The position numbers and the translations under genes were made by a program. A DNA stretch of 64,000 nucleotides from Candidatus Omnitrophota bacterium (GTDB taxonomy: Bacteria > Omnitrophota > Gorgyraeia > Zapsychrales > Fredricksoniimonadaceae). The stretch covers positions 46,463-110,462 of the forward strand of contig JAGWOI010000002.1 of NCBI GenBank assembly GCA_028870995.1, written 5' to 3'. Positions 24,745 through 32,496 of the stretch are shown here, one piece after another. Position 1 is the stretch's first letter. Every line of letters begins with the position of its first letter. The notes under the pieces are model-generated. The model did no database searches. It saw nothing but the letters and a program-made list of their open reading frames with translations, and was not told the DNA's origin.

Positions 24745-25113
24745 ATGTTAAGAAATTTCCTTAAGAATAAAAAAGGTCAACACTTCGCGGAATACGCGCT
24801 TCTGATCGCGTTGGTTGTCGCAGGCATCATCGCCATGCAGACCTATGCCCAGCGCGCCCTGCAGGCCCGTATCCATGATGCGGCGCTGTACATGGCCAAT
24901 GCCACCAGCAATTCAACCGAAGGCATAGGCAACACCACGCAGTATGAGCCGTATTATATGCAAAGCAACTATGACGTCAGCACCAACAGCGTTGATAACA
25001 AACGTTTGGGCAAAGACCTGGTTGAAGCCGACAGCGGCAGCAACCGTTCCAGGACAGGTAGCGAGAACGCCACCTACAATGCTTATGGTTCGAACGCGGC
25101 GGGTCAGGAGTAG
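24745..25113 (+). CDS. flp: Flp-family prepilin with a C-terminal extension
   Basis: KKGQHFAEYALLIALVVAGIIAM. AGGAGGA SD. Confidence 0.75.
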   Translation: MLRNFLKNKKGQHFAEYALLIALVVAGIIAMQTYAQRALQARIHDAALYMANATSNSTEGIGNTTQYEPYYMQSNYDVSTNSVDNKRLGKDLVEADSGSNRSRTGSENATYNAYGSNAAGQE

Positions 25114-25149
25114 GCCTGAATCTCAACGATATATTTAAGGAGGAATCCT

Positions 25150-25482
25150 ATGTTGCAATATCTTAACAACAAACGTGGTCAAAGCTTCCTGGAGTATTCA
25201 GTGATGATCGTCGTGGTCGTAGGCGCGTTGCTGACCCTTCAGGTCTATATCAAACGCGGCGTACAGGGCCGCTTGAAGAGTGCGGCGGATGACATCGGCG
25301 ATCAGTATTCCGATGGCAACAGCAATGTGCTTAAGGTAACCGTCAGGAACAGCGATACCCAGCAGATATTCAATGCCGGGAATTCTTCGACAACGATGTT
25401 GAAACCGGAAACGACCAATACCACCGAGAACTCGTTGATCGTAAATACCCAGCAAGAATTCTGGGGCACCAAGCCGGAATAG
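25150..25482 (+). CDS. flp: Flp-family prepilin (candidate major pilin)
   Basis: KRGQSFLEYSVMIVVVVGALL. AGGAGGA SD. Followed by a strong hairpin. Confidence 0.75.
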   Translation: MLQYLNNKRGQSFLEYSVMIVVVVGALLTLQVYIKRGVQGRLKSAADDIGDQYSDGNSNVLKVTVRNSDTQQIFNAGNSSTTMLKPETTNTTENSLIVNTQQEFWGTKPE

Positions 25483-25489
25483 CGCATCA

Positions 25490-25519
25490 AGAAGAGGGGG
25501 ATGAAAATCCCCCTCTTCT
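25490..25519 (+). terminator. 12-bp perfect stem-loop (AGAAGAGGGGGA-TGAAAA-TCCCCCTCTTCT) without a U-tract
   Basis: Arms 25490-25501 and 25508-25519, 8 nt after the pilin stop. It may be a partial terminator or an mRNA-stabilising hairpin. Confidence 0.5.
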
Positions 25520-25540
25520 CTAAATATAGAGGACAAACGC

Positions 25541-25732
25541 ATGCGCGATAGACAAGGCCAAAGCCTGGTGGAATATATCCTATTGGTCACGGCCGTGACC
25601 GTGGTGGTGGTCCTGTTCACCACGGGCAAGGGCAAAGGATCTTTTCAAAATACCCTTAATCAGGTCTTTAATCAGACCACACAGGATATGCTCAACGCGT
25701 CTACTTATTTGCAACAGAACGCGGCGAATTGA
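25541..25732 (+). CDS. flp: Flp-family prepilin (63 aa)
   Basis: MRDRQGQSLVEYILLVTAVTVVVVLF. Confidence 0.7.
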   Translation: MRDRQGQSLVEYILLVTAVTVVVVLFTTGKGKGSFQNTLNQVFNQTTQDMLNASTYLQQNAAN

Positions 25733-25780
25733 AGTGCCCCATAAGCCATGCGTAAACGCAGCAAAGAAATGAGGCGGGGC

Positions 25781-26578
25781 ATGAACAATAAAGGGCAATC
25801 CATTCTGGCAGAACATGTGATGGTTTTTTTCGTGGTGATCGCCGCCATCACCGCCATTTCTGTTTTGGTGCAGCGCGGCCTGCAGGCCCGCATCCATGAG
25901 GCCCGGAATTTCGCCGTCGATTCCGTCATCAATGCCTGCGATATCAATTGCCTGAAGGCCACCGGGCGGATCCCCCACGAATACGAGCCTTACTATATGG
26001 TGACAACGGCGAATATTCAGACCAACGAGGCCCAAGCAGAGGGAACAACGACGGGGAACCCCCAGGCATTAGGGGTAAAGTACCTTACCAGCGAGAACAC
26101 ATCCACCCAAATAGGGTCAAATTCCATCCAGCTCCCTGCTATATGCAGCGGCCCCTACCCTCCGATATGTTGCCATGACGGCACGGGATGCCGCTCATGC
26201 TCACCAATTTCAGGTCATAGCTGCGGCCCAGACACTTGCGGAAATGCGAATGGCAGCGGGAGTTGTAATCCTGACGGGCCGCTAGGAGATCCTCATTCGG
26301 GAACCTGTGATACTTCGACCTGGCAATGCGACCCGTGTCATTGTCAAGTTTATACGGAATCGACCTTAGAAGGCATGTGTCCTGCAACCTATACGGCTGA
26401 CTGTGGAGCGGATTCATGCGGGCATGCCGACGCCTGCGGCTCCTGCGGTTCTTATACATGGCCATATGACGGAAAAACTTATACGACGTTCTGTTCTATG
26501 GGACGGTGTTGGTTTGTAAACCCTTATGACCCTGGTCATGGGTGGAATTGCGCCAATTGCGCCCATCCTTGTTTTTAA
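25781..26578 (+). CDS. Flp-like prepilin fused to a roughly 200-aa cysteine-rich C-terminal domain
   Basis: NNKGQSILAEHVMVFFVVIAAITA resembles a prepilin N-terminus. It shares LQARIHEA and HEYEPYYM with the 24745 pilin. The C-terminal half has more than 30 Cys (CSGPYPPICCHDGTGCRSCSP...CANCAHPC). ATG 25781 is in frame and preceded by GAGGCGGGG. Confidence 0.65.
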   Translation: MNNKGQSILAEHVMVFFVVIAAITAISVLVQRGLQARIHEARNFAVDSVINACDINCLKATGRIPHEYEPYYMVTTANIQTNEAQAEGTTTGNPQALGVKYLTSENTSTQIGSNSIQLPAICSGPYPPICCHDGTGCRSCSPISGHSCGPDTCGNANGSGSCNPDGPLGDPHSGTCDTSTWQCDPCHCQVYTESTLEGMCPATYTADCGADSCGHADACGSCGSYTWPYDGKTYTTFCSMGRCWFVNPYDPGHGWNCANCAHPCF

Positions 26579-26601
26579 AAGGTGCAAACGTGAGGAAGGG
26601 A

Positions 26602-26961
26602 ATGGTTTTCTCCCGGAGGGCACAGACGATATTGGAATACACGATGCTTGTGAGCATCCTGATGCTGGTGCTTTATTACATGGGTGCGGCCATCAAGCGC
26701 GGGGTGCAAAGCGTTGTCAAGGTGACGGCGGACCAGGTAGGCAACCAGCAGAACTCCGATCAGGATTTTACCAACCCCGAGACGGGATATATGGTGGGTT
26801 CCAATACGCAGATGCAGGACGCCCATAACGATTGGAATGCGGAAACGGGCTACATCAGCAGCGATGGGACCAGGCATTTTATGGCGACGTCAGGGTATAA
26901 TGAGTCGACGTACACCTCGACTCAGTCCATCACCAATGGGGGATTTACGCCCGCGCAATAA
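26602..26961 (+). CDS. Flp-like prepilin
   Basis: MVFSRRAQTILEYTMLVSILMLVL. SD GAGGAAGGG lies 3 nt before ATG 26602. The track ORF start 26542 overlaps the previous gene. Confidence 0.65.
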   Translation: MVFSRRAQTILEYTMLVSILMLVLYYMGAAIKRGVQSVVKVTADQVGNQQNSDQDFTNPETGYMVGSNTQMQDAHNDWNAETGYISSDGTRHFMATSGYNESTYTSTQSITNGGFTPAQ

Positions 26962-26979
26962 AGAGCAAGGACAAGGCCT

Positions 26980-27297
26980 ATGCATATTCGTCGAGGACAA
27001 ACGATTTTGGAGTACACGGTCATCATGATCATCATCATCGGTGTTTTGGTGGCCATGAAGGATTATATCAAGCGGGGCATTCAAGGCCGGTGGAAGGCCT
27101 CGGCGGACAATTTAGGCAGCCAGTACGACCCGCAATGGGTGAGTTCCAATATCCAATTCGCGGCACAGACGAATTCAACATCTATCGTACAGGTCACTCA
27201 GGCCAGCCTCGCTGGTGTCGAAGGGCAGTTGACGGCGCGTACAGATGCGACGAATTCTTTGGAAACAAAGACAGGAACTTCACAGGTAGGGAATTGA
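26980..27297 (+). CDS. flp: Flp-family prepilin
   Basis: MHIRRGQTILEYTVIMIIIIGVLV. Its stop overlaps the next gene's start (TGATG). Confidence 0.7.
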   Translation: MHIRRGQTILEYTVIMIIIIGVLVAMKDYIKRGIQGRWKASADNLGSQYDPQWVSSNIQFAAQTNSTSIVQVTQASLAGVEGQLTARTDATNSLETKTGTSQVGN

Positions 27298-29480
27298 TGA
27301 ATGGAGCCAGACATCAGGCGAAGGGACAGGCCATCACCGAACTTGCCGTGTTCGGAGCGATCCTGATCTTTATTCTCGGGACGATCATCCGCACCGCCGT
27401 GAGCAACGGCTATCAACAGGACGTAAGCTTTAAGGCCATGCGTATGGCCATGTTGGCCTCCTGGAATGATTCCAGGGCCAACCCGGGCTCCGGTCCGCAG
27501 GTGACAGCCCATAACAGCGCCACGGTCCTTTTCGTCGAGGACAGGCTCGCGCCTGATTACGGCAAATACGGCAGCATGGACCGCAATCCTTTCATGGTTT
27601 CCGGATCAGGGACATTTTCATACAATCTGCTTTACCCCATCAACAATGATGACCCGGCTGACATCAAAAACAGCCTTCCGATCATGGATGTTTACATTAA
27701 CGGCCAGCATTTTCCATTCACACTGGCTTCCTATGTCGCCAACCGGCGCATTTGCCCTCCTGGTCAGTGTGCTGAATTTCCGGCTTGCGGCGACGGTACT
27801 CCCATGACGCCTGCCCAGGCCCAGGCCCAATGCTTGAAGGGTTGCGGCGGCGAAACAGACCTTTCCTGTGCCCAGCAATGCCAGCTGGCGGCGGTCAGCC
27901 AGTGCAAGCTCAACCAGTGCATGCGCAATCGCCGGGAGTGGGGCGGGTTAGGGACAGGGCTTATCAGCACAGGGATGGAAAACAGCCAAAGCAACCTGGC
28001 GGCTGTTACGGAAAAAATGTTCGACACCAATAGTCCGGCTGTCGCCCCCATCACCGCAACCACGGCAAGCGTAAGATTAACCCAGCAGTCGGACAATGCG
28101 TGCACCATTTTCACCGACCTCCTTAATGCCGGCGTCCTGGCCAATCCAACGTCAAGCACCTATTGCAGCGGCAATACCCAGGCGACGGTGGACTTACAAT
28201 GGAGTTCCGGCTGGCCTCAGTTCGAAAGGGCCTATGAAAGAGATTTTCAGTTGACAGCCAGGCAGGCCGTTCCTTATCTGGTGGCCATCGAAGGTCTTAT
28301 CTCGCCCGCAGGCAACGGCCGGTTTAAGCTGTTTTACACCTTGGTGGCCAATCCCGGCGGAACGCCGGACGCATCTAATAATTCTTCAAATATGTCATTC
28401 AGCACCACGGCCCCGTATTGCAGCGCCCATGGCAGCACGGCCTGCAGGAACATGGAATTGTCCAGCGACGTGCCCCTGTTGGACTATTGGGGCAAGCCTA
28501 CTACAGATGGCTCTGGTTCTTCCATCAACAGCAATGGGGTCATGCAGTATGACCTTTACCGCATCGCCGACTATTCCCAAACCGCTGAAAATGACGCTGC
28601 CGGCAAATTTACCGACGGGGTGCTGTATCAATTCCCCCCGTGCGCTGCAGGCAGTCCCTGCATGCGCAACTTCATTGCCTGGCAATGGGCGGCCACGGCC
28701 GGTACATCTGCAGCAGAGATCGGTCTTAGCAGCAGTAACCATGTCTACCCCACATATGACATTGACGGCCGGCTGAAGGAAGTGACGATTTATAATCTTA
28801 CGACCGATTCGTCTCATCCTGGCTGGCCGGTCGTGGACTATGTCGATGAGCAGGGAGGGGATATCGACGGCACCTGGGATGTAAATTCCTGCAGCCCTCA
28901 GCCCGGGCTTCAGTCTCAGCAGCAGGTCTTTACCTTTACCAAAAACAGCGCCAATGCCACCAATAACGGCAAAGGCACCTACCTGTTGATTCAGGACGGT
29001 AAATTGTACAATCCGGAAACCAATCCCGACGGCAGCCATACCTTCGTGCGCAGCGCCAACAAGCGGGACACCATTGATCTGATCCAGCGGGTCATTCAAC
29101 TGACCAACAATACCGGCCGTTTTTGTTCCAAAGGAGGAGGCACGCCGCAGCTTTGCAATGCTGCCTGTGTCACCAATCTCAACAGCTGCACGGCCGCCTG
29201 CGCTACCGGGACGAATAAAGCCGCCTGTTTGACAGGATGCGCCAACGCTAAGGGGGACTGTGATTCGGCTTGCGCCAATCCCAATCCGGTTGAGGTCTGC
29301 GTTAACCAGACAGGCTGTCCAGACGGGCCGTATTGCAATTGTTTCAGCACTCAGGACAATATTAAATCGACCTGCTATGATACTGTGCAAAACAAGATAT
29401 TTGTACGCAGCCGTATTGAAAACCGGCGCGGCTTTATGTGGGCAACCAACACGTCGGGACGTTACCAAGTGGGGCGCTGA
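27297..29480 (+). CDS. large cysteine-rich protein with a TadE-like (class III signal) N-terminus
   Basis: MNGARHQAKGQAITELAVFGAILIFIL has the G/xxxxE motif and a hydrophobic helix. It has 727 aa and many Cys, including CxxC pairs. It is coupled by a 1-nt overlap to the upstream pilin gene and the downstream gene. Confidence 0.65.
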   Translation: MNGARHQAKGQAITELAVFGAILIFILGTIIRTAVSNGYQQDVSFKAMRMAMLASWNDSRANPGSGPQVTAHNSATVLFVEDRLAPDYGKYGSMDRNPFMVSGSGTFSYNLLYPINNDDPADIKNSLPIMDVYINGQHFPFTLASYVANRRICPPGQCAEFPACGDGTPMTPAQAQAQCLKGCGGETDLSCAQQCQLAAVSQCKLNQCMRNRREWGGLGTGLISTGMENSQSNLAAVTEKMFDTNSPAVAPITATTASVRLTQQSDNACTIFTDLLNAGVLANPTSSTYCSGNTQATVDLQWSSGWPQFERAYERDFQLTARQAVPYLVAIEGLISPAGNGRFKLFYTLVANPGGTPDASNNSSNMSFSTTAPYCSAHGSTACRNMELSSDVPLLDYWGKPTTDGSGSSINSNGVMQYDLYRIADYSQTAENDAAGKFTDGVLYQFPPCAAGSPCMRNFIAWQWAATAGTSAAEIGLSSSNHVYPTYDIDGRLKEVTIYNLTTDSSHPGWPVVDYVDEQGGDIDGTWDVNSCSPQPGLQSQQQVFTFTKNSANATNNGKGTYLLIQDGKLYNPETNPDGSHTFVRSANKRDTIDLIQRVIQLTNNTGRFCSKGGGTPQLCNAACVTNLNSCTAACATGTNKAACLTGCANAKGDCDSACANPNPVEVCVNQTGCPDGPYCNCFSTQDNIKSTCYDTVQNKIFVRSRIENRRGFMWATNTSGRYQVGR

Positions 29481-29746
29481 TGAGGATACGCGGTCAAAAA
29501 GCTCAGTCAACCATCGAATTCACCTTCGCCGTGGTGGTGACTATGTTCTTGATCTATGGACTGGTGATGGTTTTCCGTTGGGCGGGCCTGGACCTGGCCA
29601 ACCGGCGGGTGATGCAGGACATCACGTTGACGAATAGTGCTGACCCGTATAAAGAACTTAGCTCGGACGACTTTTATTTTTTGCCGATGAGTGCTGTTTA
29701 TCACGGCAGCGTTACAGGGAAAGATCTCAATGAGCAAACGAACTAA
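29480..29746 (+). CDS. TadE-like pseudopilin
   Basis: MRIRGQKAQSTIEFTFAVVVTMFLIYGLVMV has the TadE-like N-terminal motif. 88 aa. The start overlaps the stop of the previous gene. Confidence 0.6.
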   Translation: MRIRGQKAQSTIEFTFAVVVTMFLIYGLVMVFRWAGLDLANRRVMQDITLTNSADPYKELSSDDFYFLPMSAVYHGSVTGKDLNEQTN

Positions 29747-32471
29747 TAAAAAAGGGCAAACGGCGTTGATCCTGGTGCTGCTGTCGGCAGCGGCCCTGGT
29801 CTTTCTGGCCATTACCTATAATTGGGGGCGTGTGGCCCAGATCAAAAGCCTGCTGACCATCTCTGCGGACCAGTCCGCATCCCTGCTGGCTTCGGATGCC
29901 GCCAGTTACGGTGAACAAGAAAAACAAACAAGTTTGGGCGACAGCAACAAGGTCTCCGGGATGAGCGGCCTGCTGATGGACGTCATCCTCGTGGTCGTTA
30001 TCATCGTCATCATCGTTATCGAGATCGTTTCTTGGGGGTCGGCAACGCCGTTGGTGACCACCTTTTTGGGGTTGTGTCTTACGCTGGCCTTGGTCATGGC
30101 GGTGGTGACGCTGGTTTTGCAGTTGACCGTCATCCAGCCCGGAATGTGCGAACTATGGAATAAGCTGCAGAAAAGCCAGCCCATCGTACAGCAGTTTTAT
30201 GAAGGGGCGGTGGGGCCGGCCCTGCAGGGTGCCGTCACCGACCAGGTCAGGCTTACGGATTATTTCGATGAGAACGCCAACGGGCTTTTCGGCGTGCAAA
30301 CCAATTCCGGGTCGCCCACGGCCAGGGACACCATCCCCCGGTTCGGGTTCTTTTATACGGAACGGTTAAAAATGCTTAACAAGAACGTGGGGTATATTCC
30401 GCAGGCGGTTTTCTTCTATGATCAGCTAAGAGAATTTATCGGCGGGCAGACCTGCCTGCAAAATTTCAGCGACAATAAAAATTATCCGGGGGTGCCGCTC
30501 AATCCCAGCTGCATCGATCCGGCGACAGGCAATGATTATTGCGCCGAAAGCACGACGGACCCGGCTTGCACCGGCCCCATACCGGTTCAGATCACCTGCG
30601 CCCAAAATGTTTACGAGAGCAATCAGCTTCAGGTTTACCTGAACCCGTCCTGCAGCTCTTGCAACAATTCTTACACGTCCACGTCTAATTATTCAGACTA
30701 CGCTTCCAAGCCGGCGTGCCGCATAATGGTCAATAACAACTATAGTTTCCAGCTCAATGATTCCTGCTCGGACCCGAGCAACCCTTATTGCAATCCCTGC
30801 TGTCAGCCTCTTGCCCAGAAAGGCTCCAGCTCAGGGAGCACAGTGTATAAGCCCCTGCGCCCGGCCTCATGCTATCCGTACAACCAGGGCCTTCTTCCGA
30901 CGGTTTGCGCCACCAACCCAACCGCTAAAGACAAAAAGACCGGGCTGCCGTTGTGCTCTCAGATCAGTGGTCCCGGCGGCGATCCCATCAATGGCGGCTT
31001 TGGCGCGCCATCGGAGTGTTATACCGGCAACCCCTATGGCACGGCATCTCCCAATCCCTATACGCTGATCTATGATCCGACGTATCAACAGTATGCCAAC
31101 GGCATATCCTTCCTCGATCAATACGGCCGCGATCAACAGTTGATGCAGCCGACGGCCACGTCCGTACCCTTGGCCGGTATGACGGTCAAGGGGGAGTTTC
31201 CCAACGGCATTTATCCTTTCTTTTGGCTGATGGACATGAATCCGCAAACAAATTCAGCGGACCCCAATGCCTATAAGGCCCCCAGCAACTATTTCAGCCC
31301 GGAAGTGGATAAGATCGACCCGACCAATTGCAACAATTATTTGCAAACATCGTCATGGTACCATTGGTGCGTGGCCCAAAGCAATTCCAGCTGCACGGTA
31401 CAGGGTACCGGCAACAGAGGGGTGCCTCCTGTCAGTTCTCCTTCATCAACGGCATTTCCTGATTTAAATCAACTGAGGCTTTCCTACACCTGCCAGGGCA
31501 AGGACTGCTGCGTTAACTATCTGCCCGACTCCTCGGGTACGAACAGCAGCACGACGCCATCCAATACCTTGACAATCAATGCTGCCACAAACAACAGCAG
31601 CCCCGTGACGGTTGTGATAACCGCTGTCTCTTTCACCGCCGCTACCGCCGGGCAGACAGACAATATGGGTACGCTCCAGATCTCTTTTACAGCTTCAGAT
31701 AATTCCGGGAGCAACCCCATAGTAAACGTTGCCTTCTTTCTGACGCCACCGGGAAGCGCGAATGACAATAACATTGCCAGCGTTGCCTATGATACCAGCC
31801 AATCCAAATATGTATTCCAAGGCCAATATGTAAATCAAAGCGGATCATCGCTTTCTACGCCATACACTCCGGAGCAGACTACGGTTACGGGGACAGTCGA
31901 TGTCAAGATCCCGACGTGTTTTTCAGATCCGTCGGCCCCGCCGAACACGTACTATACCCTGCCCACAGGAGATTACTCCCTGGCAGCCATGGCGCAGGAC
32001 GCCGGAGGGTATAGCGGAAGCACGACAGCGCCTTCTTCCGTGACAATGACCGACCAAAATGCCTGTGCGTACAGCAATGCCAATTGCGGGGAAGACATAT
32101 GCGGCAATTCCTGCGGCAGCTGCCCGACCGGCACAAATGAAAGCTGCTCGACGACAACAACGCCGGGTACTTGTGGGTGCACGTACAGTCCTACTCCTGG
32201 GAATTGCGGGACAACCACCTCCTTGGTGTGTTGTGCTTCTGCCGCGGATGTTTGTCACAACAGCACATGCTGCACACCGGCTTCGTCCTGTCCGACAGGG
32301 GACAATTGCGGCAGTGTTTCGGACGGCTGCGGCGGAACAATCAACTGCGGTTCATGCACCTCTCCGCAGACCTGCGGCGGGGGAGGGACTGCGAATGTTT
32401 GCGGATGTACGCCTAATTGCAGCGGGGTACCTACAGGAGGGAGCAACGGCTGTAACGGGACATGTCCCTAA
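29730..32471 (+). CDS. large (913 aa) cysteine-rich protein with a pilin/TadG-like N-terminus
   Basis: MSKRTNKKGQTALILVLLSAAALVFLAI, then a hydrophobic stretch VILVVVIIVIIVIEIV. Cys-rich throughout, with a C-terminal CG/CxxC-rich tail. Confidence 0.6.
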   Translation: MSKRTNKKGQTALILVLLSAAALVFLAITYNWGRVAQIKSLLTISADQSASLLASDAASYGEQEKQTSLGDSNKVSGMSGLLMDVILVVVIIVIIVIEIVSWGSATPLVTTFLGLCLTLALVMAVVTLVLQLTVIQPGMCELWNKLQKSQPIVQQFYEGAVGPALQGAVTDQVRLTDYFDENANGLFGVQTNSGSPTARDTIPRFGFFYTERLKMLNKNVGYIPQAVFFYDQLREFIGGQTCLQNFSDNKNYPGVPLNPSCIDPATGNDYCAESTTDPACTGPIPVQITCAQNVYESNQLQVYLNPSCSSCNNSYTSTSNYSDYASKPACRIMVNNNYSFQLNDSCSDPSNPYCNPCCQPLAQKGSSSGSTVYKPLRPASCYPYNQGLLPTVCATNPTAKDKKTGLPLCSQISGPGGDPINGGFGAPSECYTGNPYGTASPNPYTLIYDPTYQQYANGISFLDQYGRDQQLMQPTATSVPLAGMTVKGEFPNGIYPFFWLMDMNPQTNSADPNAYKAPSNYFSPEVDKIDPTNCNNYLQTSSWYHWCVAQSNSSCTVQGTGNRGVPPVSSPSSTAFPDLNQLRLSYTCQGKDCCVNYLPDSSGTNSSTTPSNTLTINAATNNSSPVTVVITAVSFTAATAGQTDNMGTLQISFTASDNSGSNPIVNVAFFLTPPGSANDNNIASVAYDTSQSKYVFQGQYVNQSGSSLSTPYTPEQTTVTGTVDVKIPTCFSDPSAPPNTYYTLPTGDYSLAAMAQDAGGYSGSTTAPSSVTMTDQNACAYSNANCGEDICGNSCGSCPTGTNESCSTTTTPGTCGCTYSPTPGNCGTTTSLVCCASAADVCHNSTCCTPASSCPTGDNCGSVSDGCGGTINCGSCTSPQTCGGGGTANVCGCTPNCSGVPTGGSNGCNGTCP

Positions 32472-32496
32472 ACGGAGGGGATAGGGAATTTAAAAT

